From the IMG/VR virus record IMGVR_UViG_3300035670_000114, positions 1 to 64,000 of that record: a DNA stretch of 64,000 nucleotides; one strand, written 5' to 3'. The first letter of the stretch is position 1, and each line of letters begins with the position of its first letter. The translations under genes were made by a program, and so were the position numbers. This DNA comes from a virus. The notes below the pieces were generated by a model that saw only the letters and a program-made list of their open reading frames with translations, did no database searches and was not told where the DNA came from. Below, piece after piece: positions 46,979-56,502 of this stretch.

Positions 46979-49354
46979 ATGTCTGAATTTCGCGATTCGG
47001 CCCCTTCCGCGTCCGCTGTTTTTTACAGAAGCTACTCCCGCCGGAGGCCCGACGGCCGTCGTGAGTCCTTCTCGGAAGCCGTCACCAGGACGGTCACCGA
47101 CCTCGCCCAAATTGGCGGCCTGAGCCAGGAGCAGTTCAACCTCTGCCTCGACATGGCGCTGAATCAGCACACGCTGCCCAGCGGTCGTGCCATGTGGGTC
47201 GCCGGCACCGAGTGGAGCAAGAAGCCGCAAAACTTCCCCGGCTACTACAACTGTTGCTCACTCCAGGTCGGCGACCCCTCGATCTTCGGCCTGCTAATGG
47301 AGCTGGCCATGATGGGTGTCGGCACCGGCGCCGTCCTGGAGCAACATGTCGTCGACAAGTTGCCGATCGTCACGGCCTCCATCAACGTCGTCAACGTCTT
47401 CGAGAATCCCGGCAAGTCCGGCGGCCAGGAGCTCACCACCCTGACGCTGGAGCGCGACGACGCCGACGAGGCCGCCCTGCGCCTGACCGTCGGCGACTCG
47501 CGGGAGGGCTGGGCCAGTGCCTACCAATACCTGATCCAACTGGCCTACCGTAACCTCTACGACCCCGATCTGTTTTCCAAGGAGGTCTACGACTTTGCGT
47601 CTGCCAGCAACAAGCTTGACGTCATCCTTGACCTCACACAGGTTCGCCAGGCCGGCGAAAGACTCAAGGGCTTCGGTGGCGTCGCAAACCCCGTCAGACT
47701 GAGGGCCTCCCTGGAAAACGCAGCCAAGCTGCTGTCCAAGGCCCGGGGGCGCCGCCTCGCACCGATTGAGTGTTGCCTGTTGATCGACGAGGCCGCTAGT
47801 GCCGTGGTTGCCGGAAACGTGCGTCGCTCGGCGGGCATGAAGCAGTTCTCGTCTGACGACGTCGAGGCCGCATCCGCCAAGGAGGGCCTCTACCGCCAGT
47901 CGGAAGACGGCTCGTGGTCCGTCGACCCGGAGCGCGAGGCCCTGCGGATGTCCAACCACACCCTCTGCTTCCACCGCAAGCCAACCCTGGACGAGGTCAC
48001 GGCGTCCGTCACCAAGCAGTTCTACAGCGGCGAAGGCGCCATTCAGTATGTCCCCGAGGCCATCGCTCGCGCCAACGCCGACCTGCTGACGACCCCTCGC
48101 CTGAAGCAGCGTTTCCTCGACACCTACGTCACCGCAGGCCCCTACCTCGCCCGCGAGCTGCTGTGCGACCTGGCCATGGCTGCAGGCCTGCCGTCCGACG
48201 AGCGCATCCTGGATCACCGCATCTCGCGCTACGGCCTCAACCCCTGTGGCGAGATCCTGATTCGCGACAACCTCTGCAACCTGGCGGAAGTCAACGTCAA
48301 CACAATCGACCCCAGCAACGTCTCCCTGCAGCGGCGTGCCTTCTATGCCGCCGGCCTGCAGGTTGCCTCCCTCCTGCAGCACAAGTTCGTACCCGAGCCA
48401 CTGGCCTACAGCAGGCGCGTCGACCCGATCGTCGGCGTCGGCCTGACTGGCGGCTTTGACTTCATGGTCCACGCCCTTGGCGCCGACTGGCTGGAGTGGA
48501 TGATGCGCGGTCGCCCGACCGGGGCCCGTTATCGTCGCTACACGGACGTCGAGCGCGACTTCCTCGTGGCCTGGAGGAACTACGCCGAGGCCGGCGTCAA
48601 GGACTACTGCCGCGAACACGGCATCGAGGCACCCAACCGCTTCACCGACCTCCAGCCCAGTGGCTCCAAGAGCCTGCTGACCGGCGCCTCTCCTGGCTGG
48701 CATCCGCCGAAGGCTCAGCGATTCATTCGCCGCATCACCTTTGGCCGCAACGATCCGTTGGTGGCCGCCCTGCGCGACTACGGCTACTCCGTCATTCCCG
48801 CCCAGAGCGCTCGCGACGAGAGCGGTAACCTGCTCGACGACATCGCGGATCCCCGGGTCACCGAGGTGCTGGTCGAGATCCCAACCGAGGTCAGTTGGGC
48901 GAACCTGCCTGGCTGCGATCAGCACGACCTGTCTCGCCTGCCGGTCGAGGCCCAGTGGGGCTTCTACATGCAGTTCCAGAACCACTACACCACCCACAAC
49001 ACGTCCGCCACAATCGAATTCCGGCAAGACGAGATCCCGGCGCTTTCGCGTCTGATCTACGACAACATCCAAGCTGACGGCGGCTACATCTCGGCCGCTC
49101 TGCTCGCCCGATTCGACGCCAACGAGACGTTCCCTCGCCTCCCCTTTGAGCCAATCTCGAAGCAGACCTACGACTCCATGATGCTCCAGATCAAGGCGTA
49201 TCGCTCGACGCTGGCGCCAGGCACCACCGTGCTTGACCTACTGGAGCAATACGACCACCCCGATCACATCCTGGCTCCGCAAGATTCGGCCTGCGCCTCT
49301 GCAGCCTGCATCGCTCGGGCCGACAAGGACGAATCACTGGGCATCGGCGCCTGA
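46979..49354 (+). CDS. nrdJ: class II (B12-dependent) ribonucleotide reductase, cyanobacterial type
   Basis: VFYRSYSR, PSGR, GNVRRSA, NPCGEI, CNLAEV, GWHPPKAQRFIRR, C-terminal Cys pair. Confidence 0.93.
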   Translation: MSEFRDSAPSASAVFYRSYSRRRPDGRRESFSEAVTRTVTDLAQIGGLSQEQFNLCLDMALNQHTLPSGRAMWVAGTEWSKKPQNFPGYYNCCSLQVGDPSIFGLLMELAMMGVGTGAVLEQHVVDKLPIVTASINVVNVFENPGKSGGQELTTLTLERDDADEAALRLTVGDSREGWASAYQYLIQLAYRNLYDPDLFSKEVYDFASASNKLDVILDLTQVRQAGERLKGFGGVANPVRLRASLENAAKLLSKARGRRLAPIECCLLIDEAASAVVAGNVRRSAGMKQFSSDDVEAASAKEGLYRQSEDGSWSVDPEREALRMSNHTLCFHRKPTLDEVTASVTKQFYSGEGAIQYVPEAIARANADLLTTPRLKQRFLDTYVTAGPYLARELLCDLAMAAGLPSDERILDHRISRYGLNPCGEILIRDNLCNLAEVNVNTIDPSNVSLQRRAFYAAGLQVASLLQHKFVPEPLAYSRRVDPIVGVGLTGGFDFMVHALGADWLEWMMRGRPTGARYRRYTDVERDFLVAWRNYAEAGVKDYCREHGIEAPNRFTDLQPSGSKSLLTGASPGWHPPKAQRFIRRITFGRNDPLVAALRDYGYSVIPAQSARDESGNLLDDIADPRVTEVLVEIPTEVSWANLPGCDQHDLSRLPVEAQWGFYMQFQNHYTTHNTSATIEFRQDEIPALSRLIYDNIQADGGYISAALLARFDANETFPRLPFEPISKQTYDSMMLQIKAYRSTLAPGTTVLDLLEQYDHPDHILAPQDSACASAACIARADKDESLGIGA

Positions 49355-49371
49355 CGCCCGCCGCAACTCCT

Positions 49372-49400
49372 GGCCACCTCTCCGGGGTGGCCTTTGTTTT
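49372..49400 (+). terminator. intrinsic terminator
   Basis: GGCCACCTC-TCC-GGGGTGGCC-TTTGTTTT. Confidence 0.8.
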
Positions 49401-49436
49401 GGCCCCTAAACTTTCCACTGGGACTCGTAACTCGCC

Positions 49437-49856
49437 ATGCCAAGGAAGGAGCGCGAATACCGCGCCGAGTCGCACGACCACTACTGCCACGAGGTCCGCG
49501 AAAGGCTCTACCACTGGGAGCGCGACTGCATGGGCATGTATCTTTGCCACAAGGTCGAATTCAGGGAGAGGATCCTACTGATCGAAAGGATTCAATCCTC
49601 CTGGAATCGCCTGGCAAAGGCCCGCAAGCTTCACACCGGCACCGGCTTCTACCTGAACAAGGAGCAGTATGACGCCGCCGTGGAGAAGATGCTAGAGTCT
49701 GGGGCGAATCAGTCAACAGACGGCCATGCTTCTCTCGGACCAGCAGATCGCGCAAAGGGCAGCGGGGGGGATGATAACCCCGTGGGTGCCGAGTCTGATC
49801 CGCCAAGTAGAAGACCCTACAGGCCAATGCTGCAAGGTCTTAAGCTACGGTCTTAG
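49437..49856 (+). CDS. hypothetical protein overlapping dcd
   Basis: Coding-like for about 90 aa, then runs 131 nt into dcd. Confidence 0.5.
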   Translation: MPRKEREYRAESHDHYCHEVRERLYHWERDCMGMYLCHKVEFRERILLIERIQSSWNRLAKARKLHTGTGFYLNKEQYDAAVEKMLESGANQSTDGHASLGPADRAKGSGGDDNPVGAESDPPSRRPYRPMLQGLKLRS

Positions 49857-50322
49857 CTCCTACGGCTACGACCTGCGTCTGTCTGGTCGACAGTTCCTGG
49901 TGTTCCGTCACGTCCCCGGAACTGTCATGAACCCCAAGCGGTTCAATCCTGCAAACCTGGAGCCCGTCCCGTTGCATCGAGACGAAGACGGCGAGTTCTT
50001 CATCCTGCCAGCCCACTCCTATGGACTGGGTGTAGCACTGGAGAGGCTCAAGATCCCCAGCAACATAACCGTGATCTGTCTAGGCAAGAGCACCTACGCT
50101 CGCCTGGGGATCATCGCCAACACCACACCAGGCGAGGCCGGATGGGAGGGCCACCTGACCCTTGAATTCAGCAACTCCAGCAGCGCCGACTGCAGGCTGT
50201 ACGTCAACGAGGGAATCGCCCAGGCGCTCTTCTGCGAGGGCCAGCCCTGCTTGACGTCGTACGAGGATCGCAACGGCAAGTACCAGGGGCAGTCTGAGGA
50301 GGTAACGCTGCCCAAGGTGTAG
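49726..50322 (+). CDS. dcd: dCTP deaminase
   Basis: SYGLSSYGYDLRL, GKSTYARLG, EAGWEGHLTLE, GKYQGQ. Confidence 0.96.
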   Translation: MLLSDQQIAQRAAGGMITPWVPSLIRQVEDPTGQCCKVLSYGLSSYGYDLRLSGRQFLVFRHVPGTVMNPKRFNPANLEPVPLHRDEDGEFFILPAHSYGLGVALERLKIPSNITVICLGKSTYARLGIIANTTPGEAGWEGHLTLEFSNSSSADCRLYVNEGIAQALFCEGQPCLTSYEDRNGKYQGQSEEVTLPKV

Positions 50323-50339
50323 CCGTCAGCTAACTTGCC

Positions 50340-50348
50340 GGCAGACTA
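50340..50348 (+). promoter_or_regulatory. putative late promoter GGCAGACTA
   Basis: 32 nt before the isolated portal gene. Confidence 0.6.
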
Positions 50349-50380
50349 AACGAGGCCGCAAGTGACGGCCCCAAGCTGGC

Positions 50381-51844
50381 ATGGACATCACGCATCCGAC
50401 GAACGATCCGGCGCTGGTCAGTTACCACCGCCCAGAGCTGATGTCCCTGTTGAGTGGACTTGAGCTTGCCCTCGATTGCTGGAGCCTGCTAAGCACCGCC
50501 TCCCGTGGCTCTGAAAAGAGCAAGTATCTCCCCAAGGAGCCAGGCGAGCCCACCTCTGCCTACAAGAGCCGCCTTCACCGCTCGACCTACACGCCAATCT
50601 TCCGCGATAGCGTCAGGGCGTACGCCGGCCTCTTGAGCCGGTTTCAACTCATCGACCCTCCACCAAGTCTACTGGAGTCACAGCACGACGTCGACCTGCG
50701 CGGATCGAGTATCCACGGCTTCTCAAGTCGATGCGATGAACTCGCCATCAGGGATGCCGGCGTCTACGTGATGGTCGACATGCCCCCGGCTGGCGGCACC
50801 AACAACTTCGTCGACGAGCTCGCCGAAGGCCGCAGGCCCTATTGCATGATTGTGGAGCGCAAGGACGTCATTAACTGGTCGCTTCGCTACGTCAACGGCA
50901 GGGAGGTCCTCGAAAGGGTGACGGTCCGGCAACTGCGTGCCATCTCCAACTCTGACGGCTACGGCTCAACGCTTGAACCCGTCTACCTCGTAATGAGGCC
51001 CGGGTCCGTCGAGGTCTTCCGCGTCGAGAAGAGCCAGTCGGGCTGGAGAAATGTCTCCCTTGGCCCACCGATTCAAACCAGTCTGGACTACATTCCGATT
51101 CGCTGGTACGGCCTATCGACGTCGTCCTTTGCCCAGGGCGAGCTCGCCATGAACGGCCTCGCAGAGATGAGCATCCAGCACTTTCAGATGCGATCTGACC
51201 TGCAGGAGCTGCTGCACAAGTGCGCCATGCCGGTCCCCGTCCGAAAGGGCGCTCCGGTTGGTTCTGATGGGCGGTCTGCGCCAATGATTATTGGCTCCAA
51301 CAGCGGCATGGATCTACCCGAAAACGGCGAGTTCCTCTTTGCCGAGCCAACCGGTCGTAGTATCGAGCGCCATCAAGCCGAAATCGCCCACCTTGAGGCC
51401 TTGATGGACAGGTCTGGTCTCAACTTCCTCTACGGCGCCAACGTCAAGACGGCAACCGAGGCATCCCTTCGCGCATCCCAGATCAGCAGTCAGGTGAACT
51501 CGCTGATCAGAAACAAGGTCGCCACCATGACATGGCTTTTCCGCGTCTGGGCCGAATACGCTGGTGAGACCGATAAGTTGACGTCGGAGTCGGGCATCCA
51601 GGTCAACGACTCGCTCATCAACCGACCCATCGACCCCAGTGGTATCGCCCAAATGATCAACCTCCACAAAGCTAGGCTATCGAGCAAGAGGGTCGTGCTT
51701 GAGGAGCTGCAGCGCGGCGGCGTGCTTGATCCCGACATGAATATCGACGACGAACTCAAGAGAATTGCCAAGGAGGAGCGCGAAGAGTCCTCGCCGCCAG
51801 GCGTCGCGCCTCAGCTCCAAGACCCCTCTACCGTGAGGCCGTAA
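50381..51844 (+). CDS. portal protein (DUF4055-like)
   Basis: YLPKEPGE...Y..RL, DVDLRG, RRPY, INW, KTATEA, EELQRGGVL. Confidence 0.85.
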   Translation: MDITHPTNDPALVSYHRPELMSLLSGLELALDCWSLLSTASRGSEKSKYLPKEPGEPTSAYKSRLHRSTYTPIFRDSVRAYAGLLSRFQLIDPPPSLLESQHDVDLRGSSIHGFSSRCDELAIRDAGVYVMVDMPPAGGTNNFVDELAEGRRPYCMIVERKDVINWSLRYVNGREVLERVTVRQLRAISNSDGYGSTLEPVYLVMRPGSVEVFRVEKSQSGWRNVSLGPPIQTSLDYIPIRWYGLSTSSFAQGELAMNGLAEMSIQHFQMRSDLQELLHKCAMPVPVRKGAPVGSDGRSAPMIIGSNSGMDLPENGEFLFAEPTGRSIERHQAEIAHLEALMDRSGLNFLYGANVKTATEASLRASQISSQVNSLIRNKVATMTWLFRVWAEYAGETDKLTSESGIQVNDSLINRPIDPSGIAQMINLHKARLSSKRVVLEELQRGGVLDPDMNIDDELKRIAKEEREESSPPGVAPQLQDPSTVRP

Positions 51845-52056
51845 TGATCGTCGCCCGCTTCGAGTTCAAGGAGTCGTGCAGCGACTACTTCTGCCCCGGC
51901 CCCAACCAGACCGTCATCGAGATCCTCTTCGAGAGCCCCGAGGCCCTGGTTTCTACGGCCGAGGGGTTTGGCCCTAACCTGTCCAACTGCTTGGCCCTGG
52001 TCAATGGTAAGGTGTGTGACTTGAGAGAGATTTCGGGTCTCAGTGCATCCCCTTGA
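51844..52056 (+). CDS. hypothetical protein
   Basis: TAATG coupling. Confidence 0.5.
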   Translation: MIVARFEFKESCSDYFCPGPNQTVIEILFESPEALVSTAEGFGPNLSNCLALVNGKVCDLREISGLSASP

Positions 52057-52402
52057 GCACGGCGACTGCCTCTCGTCACCCGGCGGCGGCTTCGTCTATC
52101 GCATCGTGGCCCCCTGCTGTCGTCTCTTCGACCGCGAAGAGTTGCCGTGGCCCTGCTGCTCTCTGACTTGGAGGGGAAAGCAGCCAAGCTGGAATCGGGT
52201 GGGGCGCAGACTCGTGGCCGACCTTGCTTCCTCAAGGTGCCCGAGCTATGTTGTTGAGGCTCGCGACAGATGGGGACACCAGTGGACGCAGATTCTGACC
52301 GTCTACAATCACAGGTTGACTCCAGAGGAGCGGCAGTGGTGGGTCACCAAGAAGCCACTGGCCGGGGAGTGGCCGGAGCCCCCCTCGCAAGCCGGCCAAT
52401 AA
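52043..52402 (+). CDS. conserved cyanobacterial-type hypothetical protein
   Basis: CCRLFDREELPWPCC...PSWNRVGRR. Confidence 0.55.
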   Translation: MHPLEHGDCLSSPGGGFVYRIVAPCCRLFDREELPWPCCSLTWRGKQPSWNRVGRRLVADLASSRCPSYVVEARDRWGHQWTQILTVYNHRLTPEERQWWVTKKPLAGEWPEPPSQAGQ

Positions 52403-52525
52403 GGGGCATCAACTGGCCTGCCATTTTCAGTTTGAGACCCGAGCTGACGCCACCCGGCTACGCCGAGGTCGCGGCCATCATGAGGGCCAAGAGGAACCCC
52501 GCCCACCCCGGCGCCTAGGTACCTA

Positions 52526-52554
52526 TTGCTTCATGGCGCCTGAGCTGCTACGAT
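52526..52554 (+). promoter_or_regulatory. sigma70-type promoter
   Basis: TTGCTT-N17-TACGAT with TG extension. Confidence 0.65.
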
Positions 52555-52576
52555 CTTTTGGCAACTGGAGCACTCC

Positions 52577-53077
52577 ATGAAGGACTACAAGACCAGATCA
52601 AACCGACCCCTCACCGAATTCGCCTGCGACGGCTTCGACAGGTTCGCCGAAAGCGGACGCTCCCTGCCGTACAAAAGGGTCAACGGCAACACGACCATCG
52701 AAGTCCTGCCCGAGGACACGGTCAACGGCGACAGATGCAGTGTCTTTGTCGTCTCGCTGTTCGGCAGCCCAATCTTCGAGGCCAGGAAGACCTCCGACGG
52801 CATCGACTCACTCAAGATTGCCTTCACCGACTTCTTCGACGTCTGGGGTCAGCCGACCACCACAACGGCCGAACGCCTCAATGGCCTGCTCGATCGCGCC
52901 GGGAACCACGAGGTAATCCCGAAAAACGTGCGAGTCTTCCGCTGCAAGGCCCCGGAAGCGTCTCTTACCTACATCGGTAGAGGCGAGGAGCGGGTGGCGG
53001 TTGGCCGTCAATATGTCAAGGCCGTTGCGATTCAGCCCGACCCGAACGACCTCAAGCTCCTCCACTCCCCGGTCTGA
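52577..53077 (+). CDS. hypothetical protein
   Basis: TTGCTT-N17-TACGAT promoter and GGAG upstream. Confidence 0.6.
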   Translation: MKDYKTRSNRPLTEFACDGFDRFAESGRSLPYKRVNGNTTIEVLPEDTVNGDRCSVFVVSLFGSPIFEARKTSDGIDSLKIAFTDFFDVWGQPTTTTAERLNGLLDRAGNHEVIPKNVRVFRCKAPEASLTYIGRGEERVAVGRQYVKAVAIQPDPNDLKLLHSPV

Positions 53078-53078
53078 C

Positions 53079-53249
53079 ATGCAAATGAGACGCAAACCAA
53101 AGCAGTACCTGGTCGACTTCGCCGACGGCTCCAGCGAGCTGGTGCCAGCCTATTACCTGTCACACGCCAGGGCTGTTGCGGCTCACCTGTATCCATCTCG
53201 ATCCATCAAATCCATCTCCTTGGCCACACAAAGGCCTCCTGGAGAATGA
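53079..53249 (+). CDS. hypothetical protein
   Basis: Short ORF directly after previous stop. Confidence 0.4.
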   Translation: MQMRRKPKQYLVDFADGSSELVPAYYLSHARAVAAHLYPSRSIKSISLATQRPPGE

Positions 53250-53366
53250 AGCGGCAGACTACTTCTGCTATAATCTAGCAACGAGTCTCATTTGAGCGAG
53301 GCTTCCGATCATTTCCGGCGGTTGACGTTGACCGGCTTCAGCGTCGTCGAGTTCTCTACCTCCCTC

Positions 53367-53822
53367 ATGCTCTCGAAAAAACTTCTGACCATCTTGGCCG
53401 CTATCGCGGTGGCTCCGTCTCAAGCCTTGGCGATTCAGCCAGACCTCAACTTCCCCAAACCTTTCCAGCTCAGTCCCGGCCCACACCTGCATCAGTGGAC
53501 CCCACCTGGAGCAAGAGACTTCAACTCGTCTGCGCTGGTAGCCTCGGTTGCTTCCTGGTACGGCCCCGGCTTTCATGGCAGACTCACCGCCAACGGCGAG
53601 GTCTACAACTCTTGGGCAATGACCGCCGCCCACCCCTCGCTACCGTTCGGCACATTGGTCCGTGTCACCAATCGCAACAACGGCCGAGCTGTAGTCGTTC
53701 GCATCAACGACAGAGGTCCCTTCTACGGAGGCAGAGCCATTGATCTGTCACAGGCCGCCGCCGCCGCCATCGGCATGACCGCCACCGGCGTGGCGCCGGT
53801 AAGCATTCAGGTGCTTCGATAG
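53367..53822 (+). CDS. rlpA: RlpA-family lytic transglycosylase with signal peptide
   Basis: [39 protein letters not shown]. Confidence 0.95.
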   Translation: MLSKKLLTILAAIAVAPSQALAIQPDLNFPKPFQLSPGPHLHQWTPPGARDFNSSALVASVASWYGPGFHGRLTANGEVYNSWAMTAAHPSLPFGTLVRVTNRNNGRAVVVRINDRGPFYGGRAIDLSQAAAAAIGMTATGVAPVSIQVLR

Positions 53823-53846
53823 GGCGACTTACAACAGTTGCAACTG

Positions 53847-53875
53847 TTGCAACAATTGCGATTGGCTGCTACATT
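53847..53875 (+). promoter_or_regulatory. sigma70-type promoter
   Basis: TTGCAA-N17-TACATT with TG extension. Confidence 0.6.
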
Positions 53876-53897
53876 TGAGGATGTGGCAGCCTTTCGC

Positions 53898-54425
53898 GTG
53901 TCCATCAAAATTTTTCTGACTCAGGCGCAGCTTCAGCGTGCAGAGTCTGAAGCCGCAAGACGTCAGTCCTTCAACGCTGCGCGGGGAATGCGAGGTCGAA
54001 ACGGTGCCCCGTCACTCGGCGCGAAGGCGATGGAGATGCACCGCATCGGCTGCATCGGCGAGATGGCGGTCGCCGCCCACCTGGGCCTTGACGAATCCAT
54101 CTACTCCGACGTCAGCCCCAACAGGAAAAGAACCGACCTACCGGGGCGCATCGAGGTCAAGACTCGCGCCAAGCACCACTACGACCTGCTCGTGCAGCTC
54201 GACGACAGCGCCGACAAACTCTACGTCTTGGTCACGTACGAGGCGGGCGAGGCTCGCCTGGCTGGCTGGATCGACGGCTCAGAGGTGTCAAGCAAGGGGT
54301 CGGTGGTCGAATACGTCAGGGGACGCCCATGTCGAGCCGTGCGTCAATCAAGCCTGAACGACCCGACCTTGTTGATCGCCGAGGTTCAGGCTAGGCTTAG
54401 CAAGGAACACTCTGGCGATTCCTGA
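53898..54425 (+). CDS. PD-(D/E)XK-like nuclease
   Basis: GEMAVA, D....IEVKT. Confidence 0.6.
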   Translation: MSIKIFLTQAQLQRAESEAARRQSFNAARGMRGRNGAPSLGAKAMEMHRIGCIGEMAVAAHLGLDESIYSDVSPNRKRTDLPGRIEVKTRAKHHYDLLVQLDDSADKLYVLVTYEAGEARLAGWIDGSEVSSKGSVVEYVRGRPCRAVRQSSLNDPTLLIAEVQARLSKEHSGDS

Positions 54426-54440
54426 TTCGCCGTCTCACCG

Positions 54441-54689
54441 ATGGACGAAAGACGCACCTGGAACACCCCGGCCAGGGAGCCCTGGAACACCAAGATTCAT
54501 TCGTTGCTCAACACGATAGACCTCCACACCAGGCTGCATTTACAGGCTAGCAACAGCGTTGACGCCGAGTTTCATGCTAGGATGGCCGAGAGCCTTAGGT
54601 CGTACGTTTCTGACCTCAAAACCTGGATTCATGCTCAGGAGCGCTTACCGAACCGTCTTGAGGCCTTAAAACATGACACCCACGCCTGA
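54441..54689 (+). CDS. hypothetical protein
   Basis: RTWNTPAREPWN; 82 aa. Confidence 0.5.
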   Translation: MDERRTWNTPAREPWNTKIHSLLNTIDLHTRLHLQASNSVDAEFHARMAESLRSYVSDLKTWIHAQERLPNRLEALKHDTHA

Positions 54690-54903
54690 AGATGCTTACA
54701 AAGAGCTGACAGAGCTCTATCGGAGTACGAATTTATGCGCTCCGCCTAGTCGCGAAGCGTTGCTGAGGTGGGCTGTTCACGCTGAAGAGTGGGCCACTGT
54801 CATGATTTCTCACTATGGCTGGACTTATCGTCGCGCTGAAAAAGTGGTCAACCGCTGCCGCGTGCTCCAGCCTTTGGCCCAACAGCACCAGCTACCAGGC
54901 TAG
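54673..54903 (+). CDS. hypothetical protein
   Basis: Overlaps upstream stop. Confidence 0.45.
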   Translation: MTPTPEDAYKELTELYRSTNLCAPPSREALLRWAVHAEEWATVMISHYGWTYRRAEKVVNRCRVLQPLAQQHQLPG

Positions 54904-55157
54904 CCGTTTTGCCCAGGATGCCCTTGCAGGTACTTGGCAGCGCTGGTGATTGAGTGCGACCTCATCGGCGCGGTGTCGCTGGTGCCTTCCGAGATCCTGA
55001 CGTCGTGAGCTCCACCCCTTTCCTCGAAGAAGACGTCGTACCCCTTCTTTTGTGCCAAGTCGATCAACTGGCGGGTGCTGCCATAATGCTTGGCTCTACT
55101 ATGTATGTACAGCTTCGGCCTGCTGGTGTAGAGCAGGGAGAACGGATTGCTCGACAT
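54900..55157 (-). CDS. hypothetical protein
   Basis: GGCTAGACT upstream; start chosen at MSSNP. Confidence 0.45.
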   Translation of the reverse strand: MSSNPFSLLYTSRPKLYIHSRAKHYGSTRQLIDLAQKKGYDVFFEERGGAHDVRISEGTSDTAPMRSHSITSAAKYLQGHPGQNG

Positions 55158-55195
55158 CGCTGCTTTCCTGATGCTTTCCACAGTCTAGCCGTCGA

Positions 55196-55342
55196 TCAAG
55201 CCTTCTTACGTCTCTTCTTCTTGGCCTTGGAAGCCTGACTGAGGGCTATGGCCACCGCTTGACCCTGCGACCTGCCCTCCTTCATCAACTTCTGAATGTT
55301 ACTGGACACGGTTTTCTTGCCGTATCCTTTCTTGAGCGGCAT
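55196..55342 (-). CDS. 48-aa basic microprotein (not in ORF track)
   Basis: [19 protein letters not shown]...QAVAIALS. Confidence 0.65.
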   Translation of the reverse strand: MPLKKGYGKKTVSSNIQKLMKEGRSQGQAVAIALSQASKAKKKRRKKA

Positions 55343-55389
55343 CGCAGTCACCCGGCTTCTACTATGATTCCCGATAAGCGGCTTTTATC

Positions 55390-55611
55390 ATGATTCCAAC
55401 TGACGACCAGGATTCCCTCGACCATGCGATGCTGATGCTTTTCACGGCGAGGTGGTCAATACCGACCGCAGCGGCGCACCTCAGCATGAAAGCAACCGAG
55501 GAATCCTGGAGCCAACTCAAGGCACTATTCGCCGAATACTGCAAAATTCACGGCACGACCTACAAAGAAGAGCACCCCGGGAAGGATTCAAACCTTCGAC
55601 CATCGGATTAG
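55390..55611 (+). CDS. hypothetical protein (3' end antisense to tRNA)
   Basis: LFTARWSIPTAA.HL.M pattern. Confidence 0.45.
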   Translation: MIPTDDQDSLDHAMLMLFTARWSIPTAAAHLSMKATEESWSQLKALFAEYCKIHGTTYKEEHPGKDSNLRPSD

Positions 55612-55645
55612 AAGTCCGTTGCTCTGTTCGCTGAGCTACCGGGGC
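55573..55645 (-). tRNA. tRNA-Arg(TCT)
   Basis: GCCCCGG TA GCTC AGCGAACA GAGC A ACGGA CTTCTAA TCCGA TGGTC GAAGG TTTGAAT CCTTC CCGGGGT G; no encoded CCA. Confidence 0.9.
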
Positions 55646-55671
55646 GATTGCCTCTTGGCCATCAGATTCTA

Positions 55672-56205
55672 CTACATTTGGCCGGGAAGCGTGTACACCA
55701 GCCTTTGCTTGATGAAGTCCAGGCTGACCGGAGCAAACCCATGGTTTTCGACGCAGGCATTAAAGTACCTGCCGTCTGGTACGCCATCAGCCAAGACCTG
55801 ACCGCGATGTAGGTGGCCATGCACGTTTGCCCGATAACTTGGCCTTGCGAGGCAGTCGGGATGGACTGGAAAGTGCGAAAAGACGAGGCCATCCCTGTAG
55901 AAGCATCCACGCACGTCCTCGAAATACTTGCAATACTCCTTCAGTTCGTAGATGTCATGATTACCCCTCGCCAAAACCTTTCGGCCATTCAATCTCGACA
56001 GTATATCCAATCCCTTGCGCGAAAACGATACGTCGCCGAGATGGTAAACTCGATCGCGTGGAGACACAACCGAGTTCCACTGCTCGACGATAAATTCATT
56101 CATCTCTTCGACCGAATCAAATGGTCTTAGCTTCAAATTGTTGTCCTTAGCTTCCACAATTCGCGTGTGATGGAAGTGTGTGTCTGATGTGACGAACGTC
56201 GTCAT
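55672..56205 (-). CDS. calcineurin-like metallophosphoesterase
   Basis: SDTHF, HLGD, GNHD, HGHLH. Confidence 0.92.
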   Translation of the reverse strand: MTTFVTSDTHFHHTRIVEAKDNNLKLRPFDSVEEMNEFIVEQWNSVVSPRDRVYHLGDVSFSRKGLDILSRLNGRKVLARGNHDIYELKEYCKYFEDVRGCFYRDGLVFSHFPVHPDCLARPSYRANVHGHLHRGQVLADGVPDGRYFNACVENHGFAPVSLDFIKQRLVYTLPGQM

Positions 56206-56258
56206 GGTTGGCTTGCGAGTAAGGTCGAGTGTAGCACGCCGTCCAGTGCGGCGGCCTC

Positions 56259-56495
56259 TTGTCTTACCGCTTGCGCGGTGTTACCATCGCAAGACACGCC
56301 GCGAAGACCTTGATCAGCGAAGCGCCGATTCAAGCACTGCCCAAACTGTACGATTACGTCATTCACGGCCTAATCGACGGCAAGTCGGCAACAGGCTTAC
56401 TGGTTGACCACAGCAGGGATGCCGCCATACTGACAGCCAACGAGCTCTGGCCCGACATGCAGATCGTTCGAGTCGAACTCGAAGGCGACTGGTGA
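56259..56495 (+). CDS. hypothetical protein
   Basis: Start uncertain. Confidence 0.4.
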   Translation: MSYRLRGVTIARHAAKTLISEAPIQALPKLYDYVIHGLIDGKSATGLLVDHSRDAAILTANELWPDMQIVRVELEGDW

Positions 56496-56502
56496 CCCGG
56501 AC

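Noticed and set aside
47294-49072. Long antisense ORFs (also 18142..19008 and 19137..20120)
   Set aside because: Expected mirror frames of high-GC3 genes; no motifs.
55573-55645. tRNA as attP core for the recombinase
   Set aside because: It lies 29 kb from the recombinase and is a complete, divergent tRNA rather than a host-identical 3' fragment; cannot be tested without the host genome.
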